From Rhynchobatus australiae (Eukaryota): a DNA stretch of 64,000 bases. The notes below the pieces were generated by a model. The model did not search any database. It worked only from the letters and a program-made list of their open reading frames with translations, and was not told the DNA's origin. Where the stretch lies: assembly GCA_034780895.1 (NCBI GenBank), contig JAUZTB010000087.1, positions 26,340,062 to 26,404,061 of the forward strand, in the 5' to 3' direction. A program made the position numbers and the translations under genes. This document shows positions 39,331 through 54,859 of the stretch, piece by piece. Each line of letters starts with the position of its first letter. Position 1 is the stretch's first letter.

Positions 39331-41449
39331 TAATTAGAGGGAAGAAACCCAAATGGACAAATTTGAACATGGATTGAGGTGACCAAGCAACTCATGATAA
39401 ACAACTGGCCAGACCTCACTGGTGAATGTCTGCAGTTTCCTTTGGAACCACCAATATCTAGATAGTTAAATTACATCAAGACTTGCAAGCACTGTCAAAA
39501 ATTGAAATCAGAAATACCAGAGGCCAAACCTGTCACTGGTCATTACAGCATTCCCTAACATTACACTAGGTAATCACTCCCCAGATCTGATGCCTCTAAT
39601 TTCAATAGGAAAGGTAGACCAATGGACGAGGAGGCTATGGGGAAGAAAAGTTATATTAAAAGTTATTTTGCAATCAATTAATGTTTTTATATATTCATAA
39701 ATGTTGTGTGATTTTTTTAGTTAACTATTTCAAATATTAATCCTAAATTATATAAATGTTTAAAATTTTCACATTATTTATGATATTCTGATTGGCTATC
39801 AGAGGCCCTTAAAAACCATTAGTACCTTTAACAGCTGGGGAAAGGACTTCGCTAGCTGTCAAAGTTTGGCCATTTGAGAGACCAGATTTCTCATGGTTCT
39901 GCTCATGGCCTTGCCACCATTAAGACTTTGCTTCTGGATCCTGGTTGCTCTGGACCAGCCAGTGTGAAAGACCACAGGCTGAAATTCCATGGAGAGCTAC
40001 CAAGATCTACCATCACACATCATTAGTTATGTTGAGTGCCTGAAGTGGAACTTGAATTACATGCCTTAGCTACCAAGGATATTGGTCTACCACAGTAAGT
40101 CAGTACATGACTGATACGTTAAGATATACTGTAGATATAAATGGTTGTTTTAATTGCATGGGTTGTCCACTGCTTCTGATGTCATTTCAATCTTCTTTTC
40201 CCATTTGTTTTTTATTATGGCATTATATCCATGAGGTATGAAAATATTGCATTGAAATTATACCCTTCAGTTTTATAGTGTAACATTGAAAGGAGGAAGT
40301 GTCATTGAACATTATCTGAGAAAGGAAGGCACTCTGACATTCAGTTATTGTTTTAGAGGATCTGTGTTGTATGCCTGCTGAAGCACACAAATTAAATGTG
40401 AAAATCTTGACATGTGTGCAGCCACTTGTAACTGGAATACAACTGTGCTTATGAATAAAAGTAGATTTGGAGTTTATACAGATATTTAAATGATCAATTC
40501 TTCCTCTCCCCCATATAGAATTTTAATATAAAGTGGAATGCATTTAATGTACAAAAAGTTAAAAAACCTTACAAATCATGCAATAATAGTGATGGATTAG
40601 ATGATTCCAACAGAATGGCCAAATGCTTCTATTTGCTATCAGATGTGAACAAAGTAACATATTATTACGTCCAGTATTTTCCCAGATTCAGCCCTTTGTT
40701 GTATCTTTAAAGTTTCATTCTTGTGATACAAGTGGCACCAACAATTATTGCCCATCCCCACTTGACATTTTGAAGGTGGAGGCGGGACTTTTCCACAAAC
40801 CACTACAATCTTTGTGGTTAAGATGCTCCAGGGGGCCATTTGATAGTAATTCTCAACATCAACTTAACAGCATGAAGTAATATTTTCACTTCAAAATAAC
40901 ACACAACTTAGAGAGAGTCTAGTGGTGATTGATGTTCTCATGTGTCTAGTGTCCTTGTCCTTTTAAATGGTGATCATAGGGTTGGGAGGCATCAATGACA
41001 ATCACCTTGTACATGAACCATTTTACAAATAAAATTCAAATATTGCTTGTTTGGTGTTAATTCAGTCCTCCCCCAGAGAGATAGAAGGAGTCAGAATGCT
41101 TAAAATGCAGAGATCTAATCCAGACATGGAGGGAGTTCCACTGTTATGCTCCTGAATCAAAATTCGGGATTGGGGGTTAACTACCATTACAGGCAGGCAA
41201 CTAGACTGAAAAAAGAACATTTCCCACAACTGTTGTCTGCTGCATAAAGTTTAAAGTTACAATAAAGGAAAAGAAAGTGGAGATCCCTTTCAACCAAAGC
41301 AAAATCACTGCCCACAGACGTTCGTCATATATGTACTGACAATTATAATATGGGTATCTTTTCCAAAGGATAATTAACCCTGCACAAGTATTCCACAGCA
41401 AGCCAAAAAACAAAGCAATTATAGGGTTTAAGTGCTCCCTGCATGGAGG

Positions 41450-41850
41450 CCCCAGTTACACCAAGTCATTTCCGTTGAACAAGCCATATCATTCACATTC
41501 CTGACACCAGATACCTACAATAGAGGCTCTATTCCGAGCTCTGTCACAGGAAGAGATTACCAGGTAGTCAGAAGATAAGATTCAGGATGTACTCAAAGCC
41601 TTCTTGAGGAAATGCAACATCTCTATTGACTCCTGATAATCTCTGGTCTTTGACTGTTTAAAATGGAGAAGCAGTATTCAGAACAGTACTGAGAACCTCA
41701 AGTACATCCACTGCGAGCATGCAGAAGCCCTGCAGAAGGAACACCACCTTACAAAATAACCACCCAATGCCCTGTCAGGCACCTGCTGCCCATTGTGGAA
41801 GTTTGCATTGGCCTCCTCAAACCCCACAAAACCAGAGCCATCTTCCATTC
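41450..41850 (+). mobile_element. RTE-clade LINE C-terminal fragment
   Basis: ggaagagattaccaggtagtcagaagataagattcaggatgtactcaaagccttcttgaggaaatgcaacatc = RLPGSQKIRFRDVLKAFLRKCNI-like RTE motif. Confidence 0.6.
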
Positions 41851-43209
41851 TTAAGAACAAAGATAAAATCATGAGGGGCTTAGACACAGGAATGAGCCAT
41901 TTCTGTTAGCAAAGGGCTTAAATAACAGGAGGCACAGATTGTAAATAATTGGTACAGAAAGGTGCAATTTTTCCAACTGGCACAGATGCAAAGGCCTCCT
42001 GTGTCATAAATTTATGGTTTTATGATTTGGAAGTATTCATAGACTATTAAAATGAAATTAAGTTTAAAAATTAAAATCTTTTTAAAGATCACTGAAAATA
42101 TTTAATCATTAACTATTTTGTTATTACTTTATTTTTCTCTGCATTATTGCCCAGTCATCTATTTTCTTATCTTACATCTCTTCATTGCTTTCTTTCCCTT
42201 TTCCTCCTTTCCCTTGAGATCGACACTGGCCTGAAGAGCATCTCATGATTCTGCAACATTTCCCTCCTGTATTTACTAACCTGTGAAACAAAGCTATAAC
42301 AATATGCAATGAAATGCTGATTGGAGCCTGGGCATTCGCATACATCAGAGGGGTGAATTCTCAGCAATTACACAGGCCAATGCTCCCGGCAGACCAAGCA
42401 AGAACAGTGGTGATTATATCTTTGGAGGAAGACACTCAGTTATATTCTAATATGCCAAAAAAGGTGGAGGCTGAGGAAGTGTATTTATTTTCAAGTCAGC
42501 TGAGTACACAAGTTTGCAAGCATGGGTCTTGTAGACATCAACCAAATAAGTGCCTGCCAAAGATCAAAACACTAACAAGCCCACCAAAACCCCATGATCC
42601 CCGCTGGCCTGGAGAACAACTAATAACTATATACAATCTATTACAGATATTACTGCACAAATCATATACATTACTACATCTATCAAAAAAATCATATGGC
42701 TTAATAAAGATCTGATGAGAAAAAGATAAATGCCCTTATATCTTTATCTCTATGATTATAAATGTTTGTAAAGAAATCTGAGCTTCTTAACCACACTTTA
42801 CAAAACTCACATTTCGTTTAAACAATGATATTTAAAAGTGATCATACGTGCCCCAGAGGCGATTTGCTGGTTGATTTCATCTGAGTGTTGCTGCAATCCT
42901 ACAAGTCTATAGTGATTTCTAAAATTGTTTCAAATTGCTGAAGTTTACAGGGAGTGTTGAGGCAGGGGCTTAATTTTCCTATCAAGTGTTCTACACAAAC
43001 TGGGTGCAGCAGTGGGAGAATGAACAGGTGGCACACAAGAAGCATTTCATCTAAACGACAAGAGATCTCAGAGCTCTGAAATGCAGGACCCACATTGGGA
43101 TCTGGTCATCTTAGAGCATGATCTGCAAGAGGTTAGAGTGCAGAGAAAATAATTGGGAAAACTAACAGTGTTACTTTTGTGGGGGGAGGGGGCATGCAAA
43201 AAAAAGGGA

Positions 43210-44265
43210 GATTATGCTTCAATGATTTGGAAGAGGGGACCAAGTGTAGCATATCTAAGTTTGTTGATGACACTAAATTGAGTGGAAAAGCAAATTGTGA
43301 AGAGGATGTGGAGAATCTGCAGAGATATAGATAGGTTAAGTGAGTGGGCAAGGGTCTGGCAGATGGGTACAATGTTGATAAATGTAAGGTCATCCATTTT
43401 GGAAGGAAAAATAGAAAATCAGATTATTATTTAAATGGTAAAAGATTACAGCATGCCGTTGTGCAGAGGGACTTGGGAGTGCTTGTGCATGAATCGCAAA
43501 AAGTTGGTTTGCAGGTACAACTGGTTATCAAGAAGGCAAATGGAATGTTGGAGGGATTGAATTTAATAGCAGGGAGGTAATGCTGTAACTGTACAGGATA
43601 CCAGTGAAGCTGTACCTGGAGTACTGCGTGCAGTTCTGGTCTCCTTGCTTGAGGAAAGATACACTGNNNNNNNNNNAAGTGACCTCCTTTGTAACCTGTT
43701 CCTGTGCAGTCTGCTCCTCTTGAATAAAAGCTGGATTTTCATTTATAGGAAAGATACACTGCCTTTGGAGGTGGTGCAGAGGAGGTACTCCAGGTTGATT
43801 CTGGAGATGAGGTGGTTAGTCTATGAGGAGAGATCGAGTCGCCAGGGATTGTATTCACTGGAATTCAGAAGAATGAAAGAGGATCTTATAGAAACATATA
43901 AGATTATGAAATGGTTAGATAAGATAGATGCAGGAAGATTGTTTCCACAGAGAGGTGAGACTAGAACTAGGGGACAAAGCCTCAAGATTCAGGGGTATAG
44001 ATTCAGGACAGAGATAAGGAGAAGCTGATATTCCCAGAGAGTAGCGAGTCTGTGGAATTCTCTGCCCAGGGAAGCAGTAGAGGCTACCTCATTAAATATA
44101 TTTAAGNNNNNNNNNNNNNNNNNNNNNNNNNNNNNNNNNNNNNNNNNNATGGGGAAAAGGCAGGCAGGTGGATCTGAGTCCATGGCCAGATCAGCCATGA
44201 TCTTATTGAATGGTGGATCAGGCTCAATGGGCTGGATGGCCTACTCCTGCTCTTATTTCTTATGT
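43210..44265 (+). mobile_element. Relatively young CR1 LINE RT + 3' end, with a nested insertion
   Basis: NDLEEGTKCSISKFVDDTKL, YNVDKCKVIHFGRKN, QRDLGVLVHES, EVVQRRYSRLI, GLYSLEFRRMKEDLIETYKIM, then the CR1 3' tail. Confidence 0.9.
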
Positions 44266-44269
44266 TGAG

Positions 44270-44780
44270 TTACATAGAGCATTTGTGGGATCACATCAGC
44301 AATGCTGTCTGCAGTGGTGGTCTCATTATTTAAAGAAGGAAGAATGTAAAGGCACTGGAAGCAGTTCAGAGGCTTACTACATTGATACCTGGAATGGTCT
44401 TTTGAGGAAAGATTGGACAGACTCAGCCTGTATCACTGGAGTTTGGAAGAGCAAGAGGAGAGTTGATTGAAGCATGAGACCCAGAGGGGTGTTGGCAGGA
44501 TGGACATGGAGAAGATGCTTCTTCTGGGAGAATCTGGAACCAGAGGTCACTATAAAAATAAGAGGTCATCCATTTAAGACAGAATGAAGGCATCCCCAGG
44601 ATGACTGAGTGCCTTCGAAGCTCCCTGCCAAGTATTGTATAGAAGCAGTCTTTGAATATTTTTAAGGGAGAGCAAGATAGATTATTGATAAGAGTAAATA
44701 ATGTTACCAGCAATAGCAGAAATGCAGAGTTAGTTAAGTAAGCCACATTTTGATCGAGCAGTAGAGCAGACTCCTACATC
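44270..44780 (+). mobile_element. Second, older CR1 3' fragment
   Basis: aaggcactggaagcagttcagag..., gaagagcaagaggagagttgattgaa, accagaggtcac. Confidence 0.6.
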
Positions 44781-47306
44781 ATATGATATGTTTGGCAGCT
44801 GCAGAATGGGGAGCAGACTCAGGTTATATCCAAAGTTATTCAGAGAGCAATTATCCTATCGGAATCTGCAAGAACTGCATTGCTAACAGCTGTAAAAATG
44901 ACCATAGCAATCAATTTTAATACATATATCCTCTTCCTGACCTGAACCTAAAATAACTGCAACACCTTGGGAGTTTGCTTCCTACTGTTGCTCAAGAGAG
45001 CTCAGAGGCATTCTATTCAATTACATTAAGAGTCAACTACATTATCTTCATTGTCTTCTCTATTGACTAATACCAGAAAACAGGGAAGGCATAAAGCTTC
45101 GTAGGGATTGCAGGCTTGCCTGTTGTAGGATGGTAATGATTGCAAACACATTTCCCTGCAACAGAACAAAGGATTTCCATTCCCTCAACATCAGGTCAGT
45201 ATGTAACCGTATTCAAGCAAGCATGAGGGTCAATATGCAATATACCTGGCAGCAGTCATACAATTATTCTGTGCCTGCTACGTCCGAATCACTATAGCAA
45301 TCAAAGGGTGACTTCTGGACAATATATTGTCCAAATGCCTGATGCACAACCCACAAACACAAGCAACATGCCTACATGGAACATTTTGAAAAAAATGCCA
45401 GGTCATTCTGCCCCTCGTGCCTAATGCACCATTGAATTTTACTTTAGTTTTACAAACCCCATATCCCTCAATTCTCTTAATATCCAAAATTCTATTAATC
45501 TGTTTTGATATAGTCATCAGTTGAGCTTCCACTGCAGTCAACTACAGAATTCCAAAGATTCAAAACCTCTGAAGGTGGAGGAAATAAAACAAAAATTTGT
45601 TCTAGTCACAAAAATAAATGACTGGTTCTAGACATCCCTAGCCAGAGGAAATATCATTGTATCTACCCTGTTGAGATTCGGTATGTTTCAATGAGATCAC
45701 CTCTCATTCCAAACCCAAGACCCTTTAAACTCTCCTCACAGGTCAAACCAGCCATCCCAGGGATTAAACTGTTGAACCTCTGTTACATTTTCTCCATCAC
45801 AAGTGTATTCTTTCTTAGGTAGGGAGACCAGGCCCATACATAATATTCCACGTTTCACTAAGCAGATGAAAGAACCCCTCCACCATCAATTATACAGCAA
45901 GCAGCTGTTGAACAGAAGCAGCTACTTTCTTCCAAAGCAATTCACAAGGAACTCCTGTGTGATACCCAATACTTCATTCACCAACTGTCCGACAGCTATC
46001 CCATCCCTGATTATCACAACACCCATTAGGCCTTAATGCAAAGAAACACAAAATAATTCAAATCCAATTTACAAATACTTAAATTACTATGGCATGGAAG
46101 GCTACAGACCGAGTGTTAGGAAATGGTACTAGTGTGGTAGATGCTTGATGGTCAAGATGGAACACGGTGGATCAAAGGCCCAGTTTGGTGTAGTACAACT
46201 CTGACTCTTAATGAATCATGCCATTTAACATCTGTGTATTCCTTTAGTGTCTGTTTTACAATGGAGGGGCCCCTCAGTGGCTGCAGCATAGAAGTTGATC
46301 CCCTCTGTTCGGAAGTTCGCTGCTGGATCTTGGAGGATAACCTCATCTAGTTCTAGAATGAGAAAATCCAGCTGTGGAATGCATCAACTAAGCATGGGTA
46401 GAGCAATCCAAGCTAACCAGCATTATGATAAAGAGTGCTGGCAGGCAGGCAGGGACAAAAGAAGTCTCCCCTGGAAAAGACACCAAAGTTGTGCAGCATG
46501 TAGCTAAAGGTATTCTCTGGAGAGGAAACTGACTGGAGGAGGGAAGGAGAGGTTGGTNNNNNNNNNNNNNNNNNNNNNNNNNNNNNNNNNNNNNNNNNNN
46601 NNNNNNNNNNNNNNNNNNNNNNNNNNNNNNNNNNNNNNNNNNNNNNNNNNNNNNNNNTGGTGGTGGTATTTTATCTCAGTATTCCTGGAAATGTTAGAGG
46701 ACATATTGCTGGACTGCTGCTAGATCATCCAGGACCACCTGCACAACTAATCCATTGCTATAAAAATGGCACACTGAGCTTGCAGAACAGTAGTCTGACA
46801 CTCAGACATTTTGGGTGGGCTACTGCTTGTGCGATATCAGCCAGCTGTCAAGCTGGACCCAAGTTCAGAAATGGAATTGGATATGCTTTCCCAAGAAAGA
46901 ACGGCTTCCAAGCTCTGTGCAAAGCCTCGAGCCAAATTGTGGCCAGATTTCACGTTCTTGACATTGCAGCAACCATTTTGGTATGCATACCAATTAGCAG
47001 TCTTCCCCAAGGTGATTAACTTAAGGCTCTATCAAACACATTCAAACATAGCGATATTGAACCTTGGTTGAACTTTTCATTACAGCAAAGCCTTGTCCCA
47101 ATCACAAATCCCACCTTCAACAATAAAATTCCTGTTAACTTTGTAAAGGCTTTAAATAAATCCAGAAACTCAATACAGAACCATTTAACAATAGAACTGC
47201 TGTGTTACTCCCTGGTATTTTCACAGTAAAATCCTTGTACATCTGAGTGTTTGTGACAATTGGCAAAATGAAAAACAAGACACATTTTGAACCAGAGATT
47301 GACCAA

Positions 47307-47312
47307 TTTATT
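47307..47312 (-). terminator. Putative YIPF5 polyadenylation signal
   Basis: AATAAA on the minus strand ~845 nt after the stop, with TGTA upstream (ttttatgtac) and a GT-rich element downstream (tgtgtcttgttttt). Confidence 0.55.
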
Positions 47313-48154
47313 ATAAATGTCATGGTTAGGGAAAGGTACATAAAACTTAAAGAAAAAAATAAACAAGCAACTTAAAAAAAAATTGAAATTTATAATGGAG
47401 CTGGAATTAGATTGTTATCTTTCCCATGGGCCAAATAAACACTGTGGTCAAATGATAACTAACTTGCAAACTAAACAATTTATGCTGCACAGCAAGAAAT
47501 GAAATTGTTATCTGTTGGACTGGGATTTTTCCTTGAACAAACATATTATAGAGCTCGTACAACACATTTTGAAACTCCTTCCACCCCAGGATTAAATTCT
47601 GACTCCTGGAGGAAAACAAAAGCATTTTGGTCCAGAGATTGCATGAACTGCATGACAGAATTTTGAATTTGAATTAAATATGGAATTATTTTTTTTTCAG
47701 CATTACACTCAACTCTTTCCGCAGATAAATGCGAGAGTACTGCATAATGGTCTATTTACACCTTCTTGAAGAAATACTTTCTGGTGGTCCTGACATCCCA
47801 GCTCACAAAAACATTATACTTGAACCATTCTTCCTGAATTATGGTGAAACTGCATTACAAGGCAGAGACAAAACCTCTTAATATGATCATGCCAATCAGC
47901 AAATTCTGTTGTCAAAAATTATAGAATTTTGATTTTCAACTTGAATTAGCATTTTCAACCTCTGCAATGGGCTTCTTAATGCAGCAATAAAAGCAGATAT
48001 TTAAGAATGTTGTTTCAATTACTGCCCAAAATCTTGGAATCAGAAGAGTCACAATAATTTTGGTGGCAGGAAGCCAAAGTCTTTAAACCAACTGAATGCC
48101 ATCCGTTTCTGTTAGAGTTCAGAATATGGAGCCATATTCCATTCACAAAGACCT

Positions 48155-48490
<336 letters not shown>

Positions 48491-48523
48491 TCAGTCAGGA
48501 ATGTTACATAGTGTGGTCTAAAC

Positions 48524-48538
48524 CCAGCAGATGGCAGT
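48524..48538 (+). promoter_or_regulatory. CTCF-like motif in the last YIPF5 intron
   Basis: CCAGCAGATGGCAGT matches the consensus CCASYAGRKGGCRS. Confidence 0.4.
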
Positions 48539-50096
48539 GCAGTCATGCAATGAAGAAGAACAGATTCTTTTCATTTTGGAACCTAATGGAAATTAAGACC
48601 TGAAGAGATGAGTTAACAGGAATAGTACAACTTCTAAAAAGAAAATTAAAATAATGACAGTAAAATCTTAACCACTGAAATGCTGATATATATTTACCAC
48701 TGAAATGCTTCATGCATCTGTTGTTGCTTTAACCCAGATGCACAAACACAAGGCTGACTCTCACATCAATTAATTACAATTTATGATAATTTAATTTAGA
48801 CCTTTAATCTGTGGGGTACAAATTTGCTAGTATCAGTCAACCACTCTATACACAGTGCCTGATTTATTTCTGTAGCAGTTAAACGTTGGGTGCTGCATAT
48901 AATGACAGTTCAATCTATACCACCTGTTTTGTGCTATTGAAAACACTTTGGACACTAGAAAACTGCACACTACTGAGCAATCAGTTTGGCTCACAGATGT
49001 TAGGAGTCTTACCATTCAGTCCAGATAATTATGTTAAGGTGCTGTACAATGAGTTGTTGCGAATTATCTAATCCTCGTTTCTAGTCTCAATCTCTCCGCT
49101 GTGCCATTGCATTAGTAACAACTGGTTCCATGAACCAACAATACAGAACTTGAATTGTGTACCTGCTACCTAGGTACCTGCTCTCCACAGCTACACAACT
49201 GAGACAACCAAGATCCATTAAGCAAGGACAAAGAAGGCCATGTAGGTACAGTTAGCCTTTCTTAGTGCCCAAGATCAAGGAACACTTTTTTTTGGGGGCA
49301 CAGCCGAAAGCCACGTACTCAAGAAATAGTCATGGCTTCCCAACTCGTGCTTATAATGTTAATCTGTGTTTAACTTCTGCATCTGTTGCAATGGCAGACA
49401 TGAACTATAAGCAGAAATAAAACCTTAGAATTTAAGCCTGTTCCACAATTTGCTTATTGCAATCTTTTACTTCATGTCCTTCATGTGTGGTTAAATATCC
49501 CAAAATGCCCTCCAAGCTAAGTCATTCTGACTATTCTTCCCCCTCTTCCCACCCCCCCACACCAATCCAAACTTGTGGGAGATATTATGGCATGCTTCTA
49601 TAAGTTTTTCCTCTCTCATGGCCCACTCAATCCAGAATATGAACCCTTAACTACACAGTTGCTGACACTATGTAACTGAACAGCATAATATACAGTAATG
49701 CAAATACAAAAGTATTTACTAACTTACATTTCACAAGGTAGTCATGTTTTACATTTAACAATGTTGCTTTAGAACATTAAATTTGCATATGGTTAACGGA
49801 AAAGGATTTGATATTCAAACACTATATATTCTTAAATGTAAGAATTGTCCATATATATCCTATTCCAGAACATGACTCTCAAAAAAGAGGGAAGTATATG
49901 TATATATACACACATGCATACATATACACATACACAACTTTAAAAAAAAGCACACAAACATCAGCAATCATGAGAAAACTAAAGTAGAACTTGCAAGAAT
50001 GCTTCAAAATGATTTAAGCTGATACCAAGACCCATTTAACCCTTTATATATGGAAGTTCTGTTAAAATATCCACACTTAAATCAGAATGGTACTTA

Positions 50097-50279
<183 letters not shown>

Positions 50280-52603
50280 CTAGGATGAAAAAGGAAGATT
50301 TTCCAGATATAGAAATATGTTTGATAACCACAACACCACACAGAAAATGGCTATGTTGATTTTGAGCCAATATAAGTTAAGAACAGTAGTAAAATATTGT
50401 AACAACTTACACAAAAATTATAAAAAAATCATTTGAAGATCTCACAAATTCATATTTTCTACAGATACTTAGTCTTAATGCTGCCACGTCTCATCTAAGT
50501 ATCAAAAGATTGCAGCAAATCTAGACCATTTATCAAAGTGTACGAAGGCATGAATTTCCAGTGCATCATCTTGTAAAAACTTATCACAATTTTTATTGTA
50601 AATTACAATACTTCCTACACAACGTAGGTACAAACATGGCTCTGAAGTATTTTGTATTCCATTTTAGATGTGTCTGAAGTTTGCTACTATTCTATATGTA
50701 TCTGCATTACATTATAAGCAAATTAGTATCAAAGAATTGACATCGATAGACACACACTTTAAGCATAGCAATCAGTAACATTCGGTTAGCTTTAGAGTTT
50801 AAGACAGACATAAACCTATTATTTACAGCAAAAAGCCAATTTTGTTCTCCAATTCCAAATTACACCAAATTAGATATGTTCTTTATTTTAACTAGATTGG
50901 TTAAAAACTATTTCTATTAATACAGTGGTATAAACAGCAAACAATATTTAATTTCTACTTTTAACATAATAAGGTGTCTCATGATATGTCATAAGAATGA
51001 GATCAAGCAAAATTTGCAAATATGACACAAAACAGAAAAAGATGATTAAAAAAAACTCGACCAAAATAAGTATACTTTATGGAGAGAGAAGCCAAGGTTA
51101 AAGAAAGGAATTCTAGAATTTAGTCCCTTGGCAGTAAGTGATTCAGAGGAGCATCAAAATATAAAGAGTATGATGGAATTAGTGGATGTATAAACATGTG
51201 CCAACTGTAAAACCCAAACAAGAGATTGGAAGACCAAGGTCATGGAAGGATTTGTAAATACAAATTGAGATTATTAAAATCAAAGTACTGAAAATAAGGA
51301 AGCACATTAGATCAGGCAGCTAGATAAATTGAACAGTGGGACAATACATGTGGCCAAGTTTTAGCCTTTCAAGTTTGTGAAAGATGAGTGTCCTGCTGGT
51401 GTAGCATTACAAAAGGAGAATCTTGAGGTAACAAAGGCATGGGTACCTTTTCAGCAGCAGGGGAGACGAGCAGAGATGGAGCATTTAATGAGAATGATGT
51501 CAGCTGGCATTGTTGGCCATGAAAGAATTAAAAGTCTGCAAAACAGCTAATAGTACAAGTCAAGGATAGTGGAAGTAGACAAGATAAACATCTTTGTTGT
51601 TGCCATGTGGTGGACGAAATGGAGACGACTATTTTATGAGACTGTTCTTCTGACTACCATTTTGTGAACTGTTTTCTGAACTAATTCTTGCTGGATTAAA
51701 GCAATTGAAAGTGGACATAACGAGGCTCCTCCCGATAACCTGCTGCAGACTTATGGAACAGCAATCTGCGTCTGAACTGAAGTAACCCAAGCCCAATTTC
51801 TAACTTGCACTGGCTGTAACTGGTTTAAAATGGCCTGACTCAGGAAAAGCAAGGGAATGACTTCAGAGGCACGTCTTTATTTGGGAGAAGAACAATGAGA
51901 TAATGCTACCTGTAGCCTTGGACCAGAGCCAATGAAAAGTGGACACAGGATAGCCTGATAAACCAGAATCAATGGAGTCGAAGTATAATGGGACAGACTG
52001 ATAAGAAAAGAGAATAATAACGAAGGAGTTTGGATGCAGAGCAGTGAGAACTCTGGAGACTAACTATTGCATGGAAGACCCCCTGTGCCTGGGGCAGGGA
52101 GAAGAAGGATCAATCATTTGGCCAACAGGAGATCCCCTATTTTGGTGTTAAGTTGGAGCAAGAGTTTGGGTGAGTACTGATACAAAAGGAACAATAGCAT
52201 TCAGGAAGTTAAGTTGTTGGCCAGGGGCCAACATAATTTACGTGGATATTTGCGTTGATAAAGTGCAAGCTTTGAATTAATTAAGATTCATGTGGTCATT
52301 TATTCAACCTAATTTCATTGACCAAGGTAAGAGTCATCACACAGTGATGACGGGGACAACTTCAGAAGCTGAGCACATCAAAAGGGCTGCGAACAGTATA
52401 GTTCAGCCTTATTCTGTGGGCAGGGAAAGAGATCCAGTCTGTCCCATTGTTTGAGTGAGAGTCAGGCACCAAAGGCAAAGTTCACTCATCTAATTGCAGT
52501 AAATTTGTCTTCATTGAATAATGGATGCCAGACAACCTGCATTTCATTTATTCAGGACCAAACCAAGGCAATGTAAAATATGAAATGCAAAAATGGCAAA
52601 TTA

Positions 52604-52795
<192 letters not shown>

Positions 52796-53665
52796 TTAAA
52801 AACATTAAGATTACAAATCAGCAATAGTTCCCAATACAGTTGCCAAATAATTTGACTACTTTTTCAAAAAAAAGGACATATTGAAAAAGTAAGTTCTAAA
52901 TGGAAATAATTTATATTTTCATTTCATGCTCCATATTTTCTTTTGGAGATTATGTCTATAAAGTTACAATTCAATGCATATTATTTACCTTTAAAATGTG
53001 GGTTTTACATAATTTGATGTCCAGGAATTTTTTCCTGAAGCTTGTATAGAATTAAATAGATTTGATTTCAAATGACAATAGTAATTGTCCTACCTATTAC
53101 ATTACTAGCCCACAAAAGCTAGAAGGCAACAGATTTGATTCCTGGCACTGGGACAACAACTGTTTTAGCTCAGTGTGCTACTTAGGTTCTGCAATTCATC
53201 TCATCCAGCTGCCATTGAACACATGCTACACTGACCTCCCCACAATGACGAAGACTAATGGATGCAATTCCTTTCTTAGCAGTAAATTCATGACAGAGTG
53301 TGCAATGGTCACCTTTTAACGCAGATTTGGCACATCTCCAGAAAGCAAAAATGGGTATGTAAAGAAATATACATGATTTTCAGGAACCATTTAGATGATT
53401 TTATCTTTTTACAAAACTATTCAGCCCAAAAACTTGTGTCAGCAGACTACAACCTCCTTTTCATTTTCCCCAGGTTCATTACTCCCAGGATTTAATTGAG
53501 GTCAAAATGTTGGAAACACAGCTAACATCTTAAATTAAAGCAACACAAAGACTCAGAAATACAAAATACACATACATTTTAAACAAATTGTAATCTTCAA
53601 AATTCTAAGCAGACTACCTGTTTCAGTTAAAACACACACCTGTAAGTACCAATGCTCATTTTTAC

Positions 53666-53826
53666 CTTCCAATAACGGAGCCTCATCTTCAAAACTGTTA
53701 CTATATACCGATTGTGAAGAGCTTGGGGTGAAGGTTGGTGTTGGCTGATAGATCTGTCCTGTGTATGGTTGCTGTGGTCCTGTTGGATGAAAATACCCAG
53801 CTTGCTGTGCGTGACCATCATAGTGT
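53666..53826 (-). CDS. YIPF5: YIPF5 coding exon 2 (161 nt)
   Basis: ctttgtatacag|A..; [53 protein letters not shown]; donor G|gtaaaa. [13 protein letters not shown] is YIPF5-like rather than YIPF7-like. Confidence 0.93.
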
Positions 53827-54859
53827 CTGTATACAAAGAAAAATAAAACATTATATTTCTTGGTCCTTCCCATTAGTTTCTGTCCAATGTAATCAGGAAA
53901 TGATGGCACTTCAAAACTTCATTCCTTATTATATGGTTGAGGTTCTGTGCCCCTCCCCAACTCCACCTGCTCCCCACAAGGCCTTGCTCCTGTGAAAATT
54001 TTACTCCTCCTAATTTTGCAACTTTTAGTGCTGAAGGCTACTGGGAATTAAAGGTTAGGCATGAAGACTGGAGAAGCTGGGATTGTTCTCCTTAAAAAAT
54101 GTCAGGGGGAAGAGCTGGTGTAAGTGCTTAAAATCATTTTGAAAGTTAATAATAAAAAAATAGTTCCAGTGGGAAAACAATTCAGTAACCAGAGGACAAA
54201 TATTTAAATTGATTAGCAAATAAGAGATGACATTGGGAAGTTTAAAGCAAGTTGTTTTGGTCTGGACCGCACTGAAAGGAAGAATAATGGAAGCCTATTC
54301 AATAACTTTCTAACTGGAGTTCAATATGGTCTGGAAAAACAGTACAGATTTATGGGAGAACAAGGAAGTGGGACTAAGAGTAGATCTACCAACCAGCCAG
54401 CACAAGAATGATGTGACAAGCAATATCCTTCCCCACTGCATCATACTATTAGTTTCAGAGCAACACATCTCATTTCCCCAATAAGATTACTTTGTTCAAT
54501 TGCCTTTGACTGTTTTCTTTACTTCAATACTTCACTATTTTTCATCAGACAGAGCTATTTTAAAAGTCACCCCTTTCCCTTTGATTTTTGCAACAAAAGA
54601 TCAACAATAGGCCTAAATTCATTGTTCCATAAGGATCAGTCCACAACAGAACTTCAGAAAGCACAAGGGCAAATTAGAAAATCAAAATGCAAGCGTCAGA
54701 AATCAAAATAGCAAAATACATGATTAAAACAAAAATGGTCAAAGGGGTATATTGAATAAATTTGTCCAGCAATATACAACACAGCTGATGGTAAAACAGC
54801 CCATCGTACCTATGCCAGGTTGACAGGGATTTTTGGAGGAATTATTTTCAAAATTATAC

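Noticed and set aside
48671-48709. 14-bp direct repeat accactgaaatgct separated by 11 nt
   Set aside because: Small local slippage duplication in an intron with no further structure.
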